Shown in pieces: positions 1-9,474 of a stretch of DNA of 64,000 nucleotides. Position 1 is the stretch's first letter. The number at the start of each line of letters is the position of its first letter. This DNA is from a virus, in the IMG/VR virus record IMGVR_UViG_3300015372_000001, positions 1 to 64,000 of that record; one strand, written 5' to 3'. Under the pieces are notes generated by a model. That model saw nothing but the letters and a program-made list of their open reading frames with translations, was not told where the DNA came from and ran no database searches. A program made the translations under genes and the position numbers.

Positions 1-465
1 AAGGAGATCTTCCAGGGTGTGAACCGGACCAGCCCGACCCTGCGGGAGGTCTTCGACGGTGGTGAAGACTCGATGGATGCCTACCTGGAGACGATCCACC
101 GGACCCGGGCGATCAACGCCGGGATCCCGGACGACGAGCGTGGCTGGAAGGTGGAGCATCACGCGGAGCCGGCCGACCCGCAGACAGCGGACCGGGTGAA
201 GAACCTGGCCTACCTGGCCGAGCAGGCGGTCGGCCACTACGACCAGGGCTCCCAGGAGTACTCCCAGCTGGCGAACCTGGCCACCGACCTGAGGATGAAG
301 GACCTGAAGACGCCGAAGGAGCTGGGGGCCGCAGTCGAGGAGAACAAGCCGGCGGTGGACCTGCTGGCTGCGATGCTGCGGGAGAAGAAGATCCACAACT
401 ACGAGCCGGCCCCGGAACCGAAGCCGAAGCCACTGGGCGGTAGCGGCGGTCCGATCCTGACATGA
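1..465 (+). CDS. hypothetical head-region protein, 5'-truncated
   Basis: Frame open from the window edge, GC3-rich codons, stop overlaps the next ATG (ATGA). Confidence 0.7.
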   Translation, partial: KEIFQGVNRTSPTLREVFDGGEDSMDAYLETIHRTRAINAGIPDDERGWKVEHHAEPADPQTADRVKNLAYLAEQAVGHYDQGSQEYSQLANLATDLRMKDLKTPKELGAAVEENKPAVDLLAAMLREKKIHNYEPAPEPKPKPLGGSGGPILT

Positions 466-2615
466 CCATCACCCCGGCAGTCGAGCTTCGGTTCCATCCG
501 ACCGACCTCGACCATGCCGCGCTGCGCGAGGCGATCCGCCCGCCCGGGACTCCGAGCGAGGCGATCGAGGCAGCCCTGGTGATGGCCCGGCTGTCGGTGA
601 TCACCGCGGCCAAGGCCGAGGTGGCTCAGCTGACCGGGGAGATGAGCGCGGCCAAGCTGATCGGGGCCGCCGACCTGGCCTGGCAGCTCTACGCGCCCAA
701 GTTCGTCCGGACCCTGGGGCCGGTCTTCGCCGCTCAGTACTACGAGACGATGAAGGCCGCCGGGGCCGGGGAGATCCCGATGTCCACGGTCTACGCCCTG
801 GCCGAGCAGCACGCCAGCCGGATCGGCACCTACTACCACGAGAGCAACCGGACCGCGCTGGTCAGCGGGTTCAACACCTTCGTCAACCGGCGGATGACCG
901 AGCGGGTGGCCGCCGACCGGGTGCTGGACGGGTACGGGCTGACATCGCGGGGGATGGCCGGGTACACCTCGCGGGCCCTGGACAAGGCCGCGACCAGCAC
1001 CCCGCTGAAGCTCAAGCAGCGGGCGCTGGACTACATCGGCACCTCGGTCCGCCGGCGGAGCAAGATCTTCGCCACCCAGGAGGAGCACAACATCAGCCAG
1101 CAGGCCGAGCAGATCGCCTGGATGTGGTTGCAGGACAAGGGCAAGCTGACCCCGGCTGCGGAGAAGGTCTGGATCACCGCGCGGGACGAGAAGGTGTGCA
1201 AGATCTGTGGGCCGATGCACAACACCCGGGTGCTGCTGAGCGAGCGGTTCACCCTGCCCAACCAGACCAAGATCTACGTGCCCGGGGTGCACCCGAACTG
1301 CCGGTGCACGGTCCGGCTGCTGGACCACCCGTGGAACGTCGCGGGCACGGTCACCAAGGCCGACTGGGACCCCCAGGAGCACCCGCGCGGGGGCGACCCG
1401 GAGAACGCCGGACGGTTCTCGGCCAAGGCTCGTACCGCTCGACCGAAGCCGGTGGCCGAGGCCGAGGACCTGGCCGAGTTCCAGCAGTTCCTGGACCAGG
1501 CTGCGGCCCAGACCGAGACCCAGCCGCTGGCCCATGATGAGGCGTTGGAGGTGCTGGGTCTGGTGGATGTGCCCAAGGCGGTGCTGGCCCCGTTGGAGGC
1601 CCTGGCACCCAAGCCCACACTGAGCTCGTCGGCCAAGGCCGTGCTGGGGCCGAAGGCGCAGCTGGCATCGTCCCAGCCGCAGCTCGCACCCAAGGCGGTC
1701 CTGGGCGAGGCGAGCCAGGCCAAGGCCAGGCTGGAGCCGAGAGCGAGGGCGAAGATCACTGCCTACGAGCGGCACTGGATGGTGAGCGACACCGAGAAGG
1801 CGTTCCTGGCCTACAGCGAGCAGGCCCGGCGCAAGCTGCAGGTGCCGCAGCCGAACAAGCGGGTCCGGCGCGGGACCAAGTGGGTCACCGACGACATGGG
1901 CAACCCACAGCCGATGTACTACGTCGCCGGGCCGTGGGAGGCCCCCGACCACAACGGGCGGATCGAGCTGCACGACGAGATGGAGTTCACCGGCAACGCC
2001 AAGCGCGCCGCCGACATGGCCGCCCAGGAGTTCGACCAGAACGTCAACGACACCGCCGAGCGGATCAACGACAACGCGGAGAACAAGATCACCCAGAGGT
2101 TCGGGGACGGCCGGAGGTTCGAGGCGACGATCCCGGAGGAGCAGGTCTACGACATCGTGGGCTGGGCCGCCTACCAGGACAAGCCGGAGGACTCGGACTG
2201 GCGGGGAGACCAGACGATCGGGGTGACCTGGAAAGAAGTGGACAAGGACGACATGCCGCTGCCCGACGGCGAGGAGTACGCGGACACGGTGCGGTACTCC
2301 GACATCGCCGAGGAGTGGCACCTGGAGCCGAGCTACTTCAACGTCAGTGTGCTGGTGCTCACCGAGGGCCACTCCTCGACCAAGGGCAAGACCGAGCAGG
2401 TCAACTTCAGGAAGAAGCACGGCTACGACTCCTGGGTCACCACGGGTCCGTACGTCGCGTCCCCGGCCAACCGGGTGTTCGTCGGGAAGTCGCTGCCGAT
2501 CCAGTTCATGGACCTGGTGCCGGAGGACCCGGTGACCATGGAGGAGGACGAGCCGTTCATCGGGTGGCCTGAACCGTCCGACGAGGACCTGTCCGACTAC
2601 GACCGTGGCGACTAG
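462..2615 (+). CDS. MuF/SPP1 gp7-like minor head protein with long C-terminal extension
   Basis: KVWITARDEKVCKICGPMH...HPNCRC motif typical of MuF; HPRGG..GRF motif; located before the protease. Confidence 0.8.
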   Translation: MTITPAVELRFHPTDLDHAALREAIRPPGTPSEAIEAALVMARLSVITAAKAEVAQLTGEMSAAKLIGAADLAWQLYAPKFVRTLGPVFAAQYYETMKAAGAGEIPMSTVYALAEQHASRIGTYYHESNRTALVSGFNTFVNRRMTERVAADRVLDGYGLTSRGMAGYTSRALDKAATSTPLKLKQRALDYIGTSVRRRSKIFATQEEHNISQQAEQIAWMWLQDKGKLTPAAEKVWITARDEKVCKICGPMHNTRVLLSERFTLPNQTKIYVPGVHPNCRCTVRLLDHPWNVAGTVTKADWDPQEHPRGGDPENAGRFSAKARTARPKPVAEAEDLAEFQQFLDQAAAQTETQPLAHDEALEVLGLVDVPKAVLAPLEALAPKPTLSSSAKAVLGPKAQLASSQPQLAPKAVLGEASQAKARLEPRARAKITAYERHWMVSDTEKAFLAYSEQARRKLQVPQPNKRVRRGTKWVTDDMGNPQPMYYVAGPWEAPDHNGRIELHDEMEFTGNAKRAADMAAQEFDQNVNDTAERINDNAENKITQRFGDGRRFEATIPEEQVYDIVGWAAYQDKPEDSDWRGDQTIGVTWKEVDKDDMPLPDGEEYADTVRYSDIAEEWHLEPSYFNVSVLVLTEGHSSTKGKTEQVNFRKKHGYDSWVTTGPYVASPANRVFVGKSLPIQFMDLVPEDPVTMEEDEPFIGWPEPSDEDLSDYDRGD

Positions 2616-2637
2616 ACCGGATCGGGATCATGAAGGT

Positions 2638-3834
2638 ATGAACGACGCGACGTTCCGTGAGGTGGCCGACCTCCTGTTCGGTGGCGGGGGTGACCAGCTG
2701 CTGACGCAGATCGCGAGCGTCAGCAAGATGAACCCCACCCAGTCCGACGTGGCCGCGGACCGGAAGCAGCGCAAGGTCACCGCCGGGCTGAGCGCGATCG
2801 GTGGGACCGCGGGCGCGGCCGGGCTGGGCTATGCCGGCGCGAAGATGGGGAGCGCCGGGAAGAAGGCCTGGAAGGCCTCCCCGACCGCACGCAAGCTTCC
2901 CCGGCTGGCCGGGGCGATCGGGCACGGGGCGAAGAGCGAGAAGGGTGCTGCTCTGCTGCTCCCGCTCGAGGTGGCCGGGCTGGGCGGCGAGATCATGGCC
3001 ACCAAGATCCTGCACGGGGACACCAAGCACGGAGGGCCACCGAAGAAGAAGCCGGGCGCACTGGTGGCCAAGAACGATGTCAACGACATCGTGGAGCAGG
3101 TCGGCCCGATCCCGACCAAGCGCAGTGTGACCCGGGCGGTGGTGGCCAACCCCAAGCTGCAGGCCAAGGGGATCGAGACCACCAAGAAGGCGGGCGGGAT
3201 GCTGAAGAAGCTCCCGGACAAGGTGGCCACCGCCCAGGTGAAGAAGAACGTCACCTACGCCGATGTCTACAACGAGACTGCCTACCGCGCCAAGAACGGT
3301 GGTCCGCTCGCGCGGAGGAAGGCCCAGGGTCATCTGAAGCAGATGGCGGCCTACCAGCACAACAGCCAGGTGGCCGCGATGCCCACCAAGTCCAACCCGT
3401 ACCCGCAGCCGGTCAAGAAGGATCGAGTCGAGGTGACCTGGGCCGGAGAGTTCGCCAAGGCCGACTCGGAGAAGCAGCAGATCTTCGGCTGGGCCTCGGT
3501 GATCGAGATCGACGGCGAGCCGGTGCTGGACCTGCAGGGCGATGTCATCTCCGCCGACGAGATGGAGAAGGCCGGCTACTCCTACGTGATGAAGTCCCGC
3601 AAGGGCGGGGACATGCACCTGCGCGACAACTGGGAGCCGATCCAGAAGAGCGACATGATCGAGAGCTTCATCGTCACCGACGAGAAGCGGGAGGCGATGG
3701 GTCTGCCGGACTCGGTGCCGACCGGCTGGTGGGTGGGCTTCCAGGTCCAGGACCCCCAGGTCTGGAGCGACATCAAGACCGGGAAGCGGACCGGCTTCTC
3801 CATCCACGGGACTGGGAAGAGGACTCCGGCATGA
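2638..3834 (+). CDS. XkdF-like (S78-type) prohead protease with basic N-terminal extension
   Basis: C-terminal QIFGWASV..DLQGDVIS..DMH..ESF..GWWVGF..W..IK.G..TGFSI.G; ATG 2638 preferred over GTG 2605. Confidence 0.8.
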   Translation: MNDATFREVADLLFGGGGDQLLTQIASVSKMNPTQSDVAADRKQRKVTAGLSAIGGTAGAAGLGYAGAKMGSAGKKAWKASPTARKLPRLAGAIGHGAKSEKGAALLLPLEVAGLGGEIMATKILHGDTKHGGPPKKKPGALVAKNDVNDIVEQVGPIPTKRSVTRAVVANPKLQAKGIETTKKAGGMLKKLPDKVATAQVKKNVTYADVYNETAYRAKNGGPLARRKAQGHLKQMAAYQHNSQVAAMPTKSNPYPQPVKKDRVEVTWAGEFAKADSEKQQIFGWASVIEIDGEPVLDLQGDVISADEMEKAGYSYVMKSRKGGDMHLRDNWEPIQKSDMIESFIVTDEKREAMGLPDSVPTGWWVGFQVQDPQVWSDIKTGKRTGFSIHGTGKRTPA

Positions 3835-4511
3835 CCACCAAGAAGCAGAACAAGGGCACCGGGGACCTGGTGCTCGGTGGTGCGGCGACCGCCTACGGCG
3901 CGGCCAACGCGCCGGTGCTGCGTGCCGGTAGCAAAGACATGTCCCGGATGATCAACACCTCCCAGAAGCAGCAGGCCACCCGCTACCAGGCCGAGCTGCA
4001 CGGGGCGATGCAGCGCGGGAGGGTCAAGACCAACAGCCCGGTGCACGTACTGCGGACTCCCTCCGGCCGGCACATCAACGCCGGTGGCACCCACCGGCAG
4101 ATCGCCCGGCAGGCGATGGGCAAGCCGAGTGAGTACAAGATCAAGGACATCTCCCACGAGGTCCATGTCTCACCCGCCCAGATGGTGCGGGGGAGGCTGC
4201 GAGTCGCTGCAGCGCAGCGGGGCTCCAAGCGGGTGCAGGCGGGCAAGACCGTCAAGCCGGTCAGCGGTACCGCGCGCTCGGCGAACCGAGTCAAGATGGC
4301 CATGGACGATGTCGCCGACGAGCACATCTGGTCGCACCCTTCGGCCATCAGCGGGCCGGTCAAGACCGCGCGCAAGGCGGGCCTGAAGAGTGCCGGCCTG
4401 GTCATCGGCGCTGGTGGCCTGTCCACAGCGGTCGGGCTCCATCGGCGCAGCGAGTGGAAGAAGAAGCAACCGGTCCGCAAGTCCGCCTTCGGCATCGACC
4501 ACGGGTACTGA
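3831..4511 (+). CDS. basic head-associated protein, ParB/Srx-like motif, C-terminal SAFGIDHG tag
   Basis: ATGA coupling; PVHVLRTPSG..GGTHRQIARQAMG resembles the ParB-N GxHRxxA motif. Confidence 0.7.
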   Translation: MTTKKQNKGTGDLVLGGAATAYGAANAPVLRAGSKDMSRMINTSQKQQATRYQAELHGAMQRGRVKTNSPVHVLRTPSGRHINAGGTHRQIARQAMGKPSEYKIKDISHEVHVSPAQMVRGRLRVAAAQRGSKRVQAGKTVKPVSGTARSANRVKMAMDDVADEHIWSHPSAISGPVKTARKAGLKSAGLVIGAGGLSTAVGLHRRSEWKKKQPVRKSAFGIDHGY

Positions 4512-4512
4512 C

Positions 4513-5289
4513 ATGACACGCACCATGAGCGACACCGAGATCCGGCACCGGAAGAAGATCCAGGGTCATCTCAGCCAGACCACCGGGGTGCTGGGTCTGT
4601 CCTCGCTGGGGGCCTTCGCCGCGTCCAAGGCACCCGGGGCCAAGGTCCTGGCCAAGACCCCACGCCTGGCCCGGGCGGCATCGAAGATCAACCCGAAGAA
4701 GGCCGAGGGCGCAGCCCTGGGGCTGTCCACCGCCGGTGCCGGGATCGGTGGGGCCGGGTCGTTCAACTTCGCCGCCTACACCGGCGCGGAGTCCAAGAAG
4801 AGGAAGCCAGCGATGCCGGTGACCAAACGTGGAACGACAACGGGACTGACCGGCGACGTGGGCGTTTACGGCGAGATCGGCAAGAAGTGGGAGCCGAGCT
4901 CCTCGAAGTACGACTCGGAGAAGTCGCGGATGAAGCGGGCCCAGGCCTACGAGGACGTGGGCGGCCCGGCGACCGGAGTGCTGGCTGCCGGGGCCGGGGT
5001 CAAGGGGGTCCAGGCGGGCAAGCTGCTGCGGACCAACCGGAAGATCAAGGTCAGCGCGCGGAACCTGCCGAACGTGAGGCGGGCGATGGCCGGCCGTCGG
5101 GAGGCTGCGGTCGGCCACGGCAAGGCAGGGCTCGCCCTGGGTGGTGCGGCAGCGGCCACCGGAGCGGCCACGCTGGCTGTGCGGAACCGGAACCGGTCTC
5201 GATCGTGGGCCCCGTACGCCAAGCGATCGGCCTTCGGTGTGGACCACGGAGGGGTAGTGAGTGGACAGCATCGTGAGACTGAGAACTAG
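4513..5289 (+). CDS. basic Gly/Ala-rich head-associated protein, C-terminal SAFGVDHG tag
   Basis: ORF between protease and scaffold; hydrophobic GA-rich segments. Confidence 0.7.
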   Translation: MTRTMSDTEIRHRKKIQGHLSQTTGVLGLSSLGAFAASKAPGAKVLAKTPRLARAASKINPKKAEGAALGLSTAGAGIGGAGSFNFAAYTGAESKKRKPAMPVTKRGTTTGLTGDVGVYGEIGKKWEPSSSKYDSEKSRMKRAQAYEDVGGPATGVLAAGAGVKGVQAGKLLRTNRKIKVSARNLPNVRRAMAGRREAAVGHGKAGLALGGAAAATGAATLAVRNRNRSRSWAPYAKRSAFGVDHGGVVSGQHRETEN

Positions 5290-5300
5290 AGGTAGATGAG

Positions 5301-6119
5301 ATGCCACGCAAGAACAACCTGACCGACATGGAGATCGATGAGATCTCCACGGTGGACAAGACCGCCAACCAGTTCTCGCGGTTCGTCATCGCGAAGAGGG
5401 CTCCCGAGGAGGATCAGATGCCCCAGATCTACGACCAGGAGGGAACCCCCCTCGACATGGACCAGCTCGAGTTCGGTGATGTCGTCTACGACGACGACGG
5501 CACCGCCTACGAGTACGTCGAGGACACCGGCGAGGAAGAGGTCGAGGACGAGCACAAGGAAGAGCGCAAGGAGGAGCTGGTGGAGACCGGCAAGTCGGCG
5601 TTCTTCAAGCCGCAGACCCAGCAGGCCGGCAGCTTCAGCCAGCAGGTGATGGAGGAGCTGTCCAAGGCGTTCAGCGACGACGACCGTGATGCGGTCATCG
5701 CCAAGGCTCTGGGCCGGGTCGAGGAGCTGGAGAAGGCCCAGCTCGCAGCCCAGACGATCGCCAAGTCCGAGCGCGACCTCCGGCTCACCCGGGAGTACAT
5801 CTCCAAGGCGGCCGACTACAACCTGCCGATCGCTCCCGACGAGCTCGGCCCGGTGCTCTACCGGATGGCCGAGACGATGAGCTACGACGACTGCGCGGTG
5901 ATCGCGAAGTGCCTGGAGACCGCCGGCCAGATCATCTTCGAGGAGGTCGGCTACCAGGGCGGTGGCGACAACGCCGACATCTACAGCCAGGTCGAGGCAC
6001 ACGCCTACGACACGTTCGGCAAGGCCGAGGACTACAACCCGGCCACGGCCGTGAACAAGGTGTTCGACGCCAATCCTGCGGCGTACGACGAGTACCTGCT
6101 CGCACAGCGGAATCGATAG
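5301..6119 (+). CDS. capsid scaffolding protein with N-terminal protease-strand motif
   Basis: Acidic, helical, many xxKA/KS sites; N-terminus LTDMEIDEISTVDKTAN; upstream of the capsid genes. Confidence 0.75.
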   Translation: MPRKNNLTDMEIDEISTVDKTANQFSRFVIAKRAPEEDQMPQIYDQEGTPLDMDQLEFGDVVYDDDGTAYEYVEDTGEEEVEDEHKEERKEELVETGKSAFFKPQTQQAGSFSQQVMEELSKAFSDDDRDAVIAKALGRVEELEKAQLAAQTIAKSERDLRLTREYISKAADYNLPIAPDELGPVLYRMAETMSYDDCAVIAKCLETAGQIIFEEVGYQGGGDNADIYSQVEAHAYDTFGKAEDYNPATAVNKVFDANPAAYDEYLLAQRNR

Positions 6120-6131
6120 GAGGGAAGCTCG

Positions 6132-6536
6132 ATGGCCTACGAAGAGAGCCTACGGTCGATCACGCTGAACGCGGACTCGTCCCTGGGCATCTACACGGGG
6201 GTGCCGGGCCAGCCGGGCTCCCCGGATCCTCACGGAGGGAAGCAGTACCACTTCGTGGTGATCACCGGGGTCCACCAGGTTGGTCTGGCGGACGCGGACG
6301 ACACCGCCGTGGTCGGCGTCATGCAGAACAAGCCGCAGGGTGCCGGGCAGGCCGCGACCGTGGCCATCGCCGGTGTCTCGAAGGTGGTCAGCGATGTCGC
6401 GATCACCGCGGGCGACGCGATCAAGGTCAGCGCCGACGGCCAAGCGGCCAAGACCGGTTCCGGCCCCACGGTCGGACACGCCCTGTCCACTACTGCCAAC
6501 GCTGGGGAACTCGTTGACGTTCTCCTGACGCTCTGA
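6132..6536 (+). CDS. capsid decoration/cement protein (DUF2190-like)
   Basis: 134 aa; VGVMQNKP..G..ATV..GVSKV..AITAGD.I...ADGQA; immediately before the major capsid gene. Confidence 0.75.
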   Translation: MAYEESLRSITLNADSSLGIYTGVPGQPGSPDPHGGKQYHFVVITGVHQVGLADADDTAVVGVMQNKPQGAGQAATVAIAGVSKVVSDVAITAGDAIKVSADGQAAKTGSGPTVGHALSTTANAGELVDVLLTL

Positions 6537-6549
6537 GAGGAGTTGAGTC

Positions 6550-7548
6550 ATGCCGAACCCCACCCAGAGCGATCTCCACGTCAACGTGCCGTTGACCAAC
6601 GTGTCCGTCGCCTACATGCAGGACAAGGCGACGTTCATCGCGGACAAGGTGTTCCCGCGAGTGCCTGTCCAGAAGCAGTCGGACATGTACTGGAAGTACT
6701 CCAAGTCCGACTGGCGTCGGACCGACGCGCAGAAGCGTGCGCCGGGCACCGAGTCGGCCGGAGTCGGCTGGAAGCTCGACACCGGGCAGTACTTCTGCGA
6801 GGTCTGGGCTGTCCACAAGGACATCGATGACCAGGTGCGCGCCAACGCCGACAGCAACTGGCGGCTGGACTCCGACGCCACCCAGTTCGTCACCAACCAG
6901 CTCCTGCTCCGTCGGGACCTGGACTGGAACGACCACTTCTTCAAGACGGGCCTGTGGGGCACCGACCTGACCGGAGTGGCAGCGACCCCATCGGCCGGCC
7001 AGTTCCTGCAGTGGGACAACGCCGCGTCCGACCCGATCGTGCAGTTCGCCAACCTGCAGACCAACTTCGTGCTGCAGTCCGGCCGGAAGGCCAACACCCT
7101 GGTCCTCGGGGCGAACACGATCATCGCCCTGAAGAACCACCCGGACATCATCGACCGGATCAAGTACACGCAGAAGGGCGTGGTCACCACCGACCTGCTG
7201 GCCAGCCTGTTCGACGTGGAGAAGATCCTCGTGTCGTACGCCACCGTCACCGACGTGGCCGAGCTGAACGACGCCAGGGCGCAGGACGCCGCGGCGACGT
7301 ACAAGTTCATGTCCGGGGCCAAGAACGCTCTGCTGTGCTACACCCCGAGCGCTCCCAGCCTGATGACGCCCGCCGCGGGCTACACCTTCACCTGGAACGG
7401 GTACCTGGCTGGCAACAGCTTCGGTGTCCGGATGAAGAACTTCCGGATGGAGTGGATCGAGGCGGACCGGATCGAGGGCGAGATGACCTACGACCAGAGG
7501 ATCATCGCCAGGGACATGGGGATCTTCCTGTCCGGCGCGGTCGCCTGA
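6550..7548 (+). CDS. major capsid protein (lambda gpE-like)
   Basis: 332 aa; LTNVSVAY.Q..FIADKVFP.VPV, L.NHP.II.RIKY; GAGGAG SD; followed by a terminator. Confidence 0.9.
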   Translation: MPNPTQSDLHVNVPLTNVSVAYMQDKATFIADKVFPRVPVQKQSDMYWKYSKSDWRRTDAQKRAPGTESAGVGWKLDTGQYFCEVWAVHKDIDDQVRANADSNWRLDSDATQFVTNQLLLRRDLDWNDHFFKTGLWGTDLTGVAATPSAGQFLQWDNAASDPIVQFANLQTNFVLQSGRKANTLVLGANTIIALKNHPDIIDRIKYTQKGVVTTDLLASLFDVEKILVSYATVTDVAELNDARAQDAAATYKFMSGAKNALLCYTPSAPSLMTPAAGYTFTWNGYLAGNSFGVRMKNFRMEWIEADRIEGEMTYDQRIIARDMGIFLSGAVA

Positions 7549-7562
7549 TCGAGAACTACCCT

Positions 7563-7598
7563 GAGATGGGCTGTGGGTTCCGGCCCGCGGCCCATCTC
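7563..7598 (+). terminator. hairpin terminator after the major capsid gene
   Basis: GAGATGGGCTGTGGG / CCCGCGGCCCATCTC inverted repeat. Confidence 0.65.
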
Positions 7599-7614
7599 TG
7601 TGTGAGGAGCACTG

Positions 7615-8064
7615 ATGCCGAGCCAGCTGATCGACAACCAGGGGATCTCGTTCGTCTGCGCCAAGAGCTTCAAGTGGCGCGACACCGAGTACGAGATGGG
7701 CGACGACTTCCCGGCCGAGGAAGCCAACAACGTCGAGACCATGGTCCGCTCGCGGTTCCTGATCCCGGTGGTGGACGACATCAACGACAAGCCCCGGCAC
7801 TGGCATCGCGAGGTCCAGGTGAAGGACGACGCGCTGGCCAGGCTCCGCCAGGAGGTCGTCCAGATCGTGATGCCCGAGCAGACCCCGGAGACGACCGCGG
7901 AGACGACCGCGGAGACGACCGAGGCCGACGCGGGCTTCGACCCCGGTGAGCACACGGTCACCGAGGTGCTGGACTACATGGAGGACTACCCGGACCAGGC
8001 CGAGACGGTCAGGGCGCGCGAGGCGGCCGGGAAGAACCGCAAGGGGATCGTGGAGGGGTACTGA
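7615..8064 (+). CDS. hypothetical virion protein with C-terminal helical motif
   Basis: GAGGAG SD; C-terminal TVTEVLDY...EAAGKNRKGIV. Confidence 0.75.
   Translation: MPSQLIDNQGISFVCAKSFKWRDTEYEMGDDFPAEEANNVETMVRSRFLIPVVDDINDKPRHWHREVQVKDDALARLRQEVVQIVMPEQTPETTAETTAETTEADAGFDPGEHTVTEVLDYMEDYPDQAETVRAREAAGKNRKGIVEGY
7886..7921 (+). repeat. 3 x 12-bp tandem repeat CGGAGACGACCG (ETTA linker)
   Basis: Three perfect copies read directly. Confidence 0.9.
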
Positions 8065-8273
8065 TGATTAGCGCGTTCGGAGTGGAGCATGGTGAAGTCG
8101 CCAAGGCGTTCAACCCCGCCAAGGCACTGAAGGGGCTGAAGTCCGGCGGTGGCGCACACCGGGCGGCGGGCAAGACTCACCTCCCGGGAAGCACCCGGGC
8201 CCCGCGCGGCAAGTTCGTCTCCCGAGGCACGTTCTTTGGCAGCCCCGAGCGCGGCGGGGCACGGCGGAGGTAG
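8064..8273 (+). CDS. small basic protein, N-terminal SAFGVEHG tag
   Basis: TGATG coupling; MISAFGVEHGEVAK. Confidence 0.7.
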   Translation: MISAFGVEHGEVAKAFNPAKALKGLKSGGGAHRAAGKTHLPGSTRAPRGKFVSRGTFFGSPERGGARRR

Positions 8274-8276
8274 GAC

Positions 8277-8732
8277 ATGTACTCAGCGTTCGGCGTCGAC
8301 CACGGCTACGACGAGATCGAGAAGATCGGCAACCCGGTCGCCGCGCTGCGCACCTTCGGTACCGCGGCCAAGGAGGCGATCAGCCCGCTGAAGGTGAAGA
8401 TGGCCGGTGGCGGTGCCGCCCACCGGGCTCCCGGCTTGGCCGGGATGCCCAAACCTGCCGAGGCGGTCCGCGGCTTCACCGGTGGGGTCGGGGCCAGGGT
8501 CTCCGGCGGCCTGAAGCAGATGGGAGCCAAGGTCTCCGGAGCCCCCGGCAAGCGAGCAGCCCCGGGCCTCCGGGGCCGGGTCGGTGGCGCGCTGACCTCG
8601 CTGGGCCAGAGGTCGTTCAGCCACCCGATCGGCACCGGGGCCGCGGCTCTGGGTGCCGGTGGGGCTGCGGTCGGAGGCGGAGGTCTCGCGGCCGGGCACG
8701 CAGCCTTCGGGGGTCGCAGGCGGCAGCCGTGA
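8277..8732 (+). CDS. basic Gly/Ala-rich protein, N-terminal SAFGVDHG tag
   Basis: GGAGG SD; MYSAFGVDHGYDEIEK. Confidence 0.75.
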   Translation: MYSAFGVDHGYDEIEKIGNPVAALRTFGTAAKEAISPLKVKMAGGGAAHRAPGLAGMPKPAEAVRGFTGGVGARVSGGLKQMGAKVSGAPGKRAAPGLRGRVGGALTSLGQRSFSHPIGTGAAALGAGGAAVGGGGLAAGHAAFGGRRRQP

Positions 8733-9244
8733 CCATGACCTACTCCTACGAGGGGGCCGGGGAGTCCGACAAGGACACCATCCGGTTCCTGCTCCAGGAC
8801 ACCGATCCGCACGATGCCGGTGAGTGGCAGGTCAGCGATGAGGAGATCCAGTACGCCTACGACACCTGGTTTCCGAAGTACAACACCCTCTACTACGTGG
8901 CGGCGGCCCTCGCTGATACGATCGCCGGGCGTTACGCACGCGAGGCGTCTTACAGCGCCGACGGAGTGAGCGTCAGCCTCGGGCCGGTTGGAGACCAGTA
9001 CCGAGCGCTGGCCTCCTCCCTCCGTGCGCAGGACCAGGCGATCCAGGTCGGGACCGTGCCCGATGCCGGTGGGATCGCTCCCAACGAGCAGCTGCTGCCG
9101 GGGACCAAGCCGTTCGCCTTCGGCAAGGGCATGCACGACAACATCGAGGCCGGTGCCCAGGAGCTCGGCGGGGTCTACCCGCCGGACATCCCGGTCGAGG
9201 GCAACCCGAACGTGCCGGACGCCGAGCGGATCGTGGAGCCATGA
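8729..9244 (+). CDS. head-to-tail adaptor
   Basis: IRFLLQDTD...SDEEI motif; position in the operon. Confidence 0.75.
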   Translation: MTMTYSYEGAGESDKDTIRFLLQDTDPHDAGEWQVSDEEIQYAYDTWFPKYNTLYYVAAALADTIAGRYAREASYSADGVSVSLGPVGDQYRALASSLRAQDQAIQVGTVPDAGGIAPNEQLLPGTKPFAFGKGMHDNIEAGAQELGGVYPPDIPVEGNPNVPDAERIVEP

Positions 9245-9474
9245 GCTACGACAAGGCCAAGTACGACGCGCTCCGCAGCGCCGGGGTGTCGGCCAAGCTC
9301 GCGCTGGCGCTGACCCAGGAGAACCTCCCCAACATCGCGGCCGACCCGGACCGGAAGGTCCCGCACCCGCCGATCGAGAAGCTGCCGGCCAACGCCAACC
9401 AGAAGCAGAACTCCGAGAAGATCAACGAGATCATCGACGTGCTCAACGAGGTGCTGGAGTTCGAGGGGTCATGA
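9241..9474 (+). CDS. small virion/head-fibre-like protein
   Basis: Coupled ORF; C-terminal KINEIIDVL. Confidence 0.65.
   Translation: MSYDKAKYDALRSAGVSAKLALALTQENLPNIAADPDRKVPHPPIEKLPANANQKQNSEKINEIIDVLNEVLEFEGS

Noticed and set aside
399-2420. Long antisense or alternate-frame ORFs (e.g. 399-2420 -, 15370-18258 -, 25974-29009 +, 14886-17150 +, 21443-23296 +)
   Set aside because: Shadow ORFs expected from high GC3 coding on the other strand or frame; no SD, biased composition, no motifs
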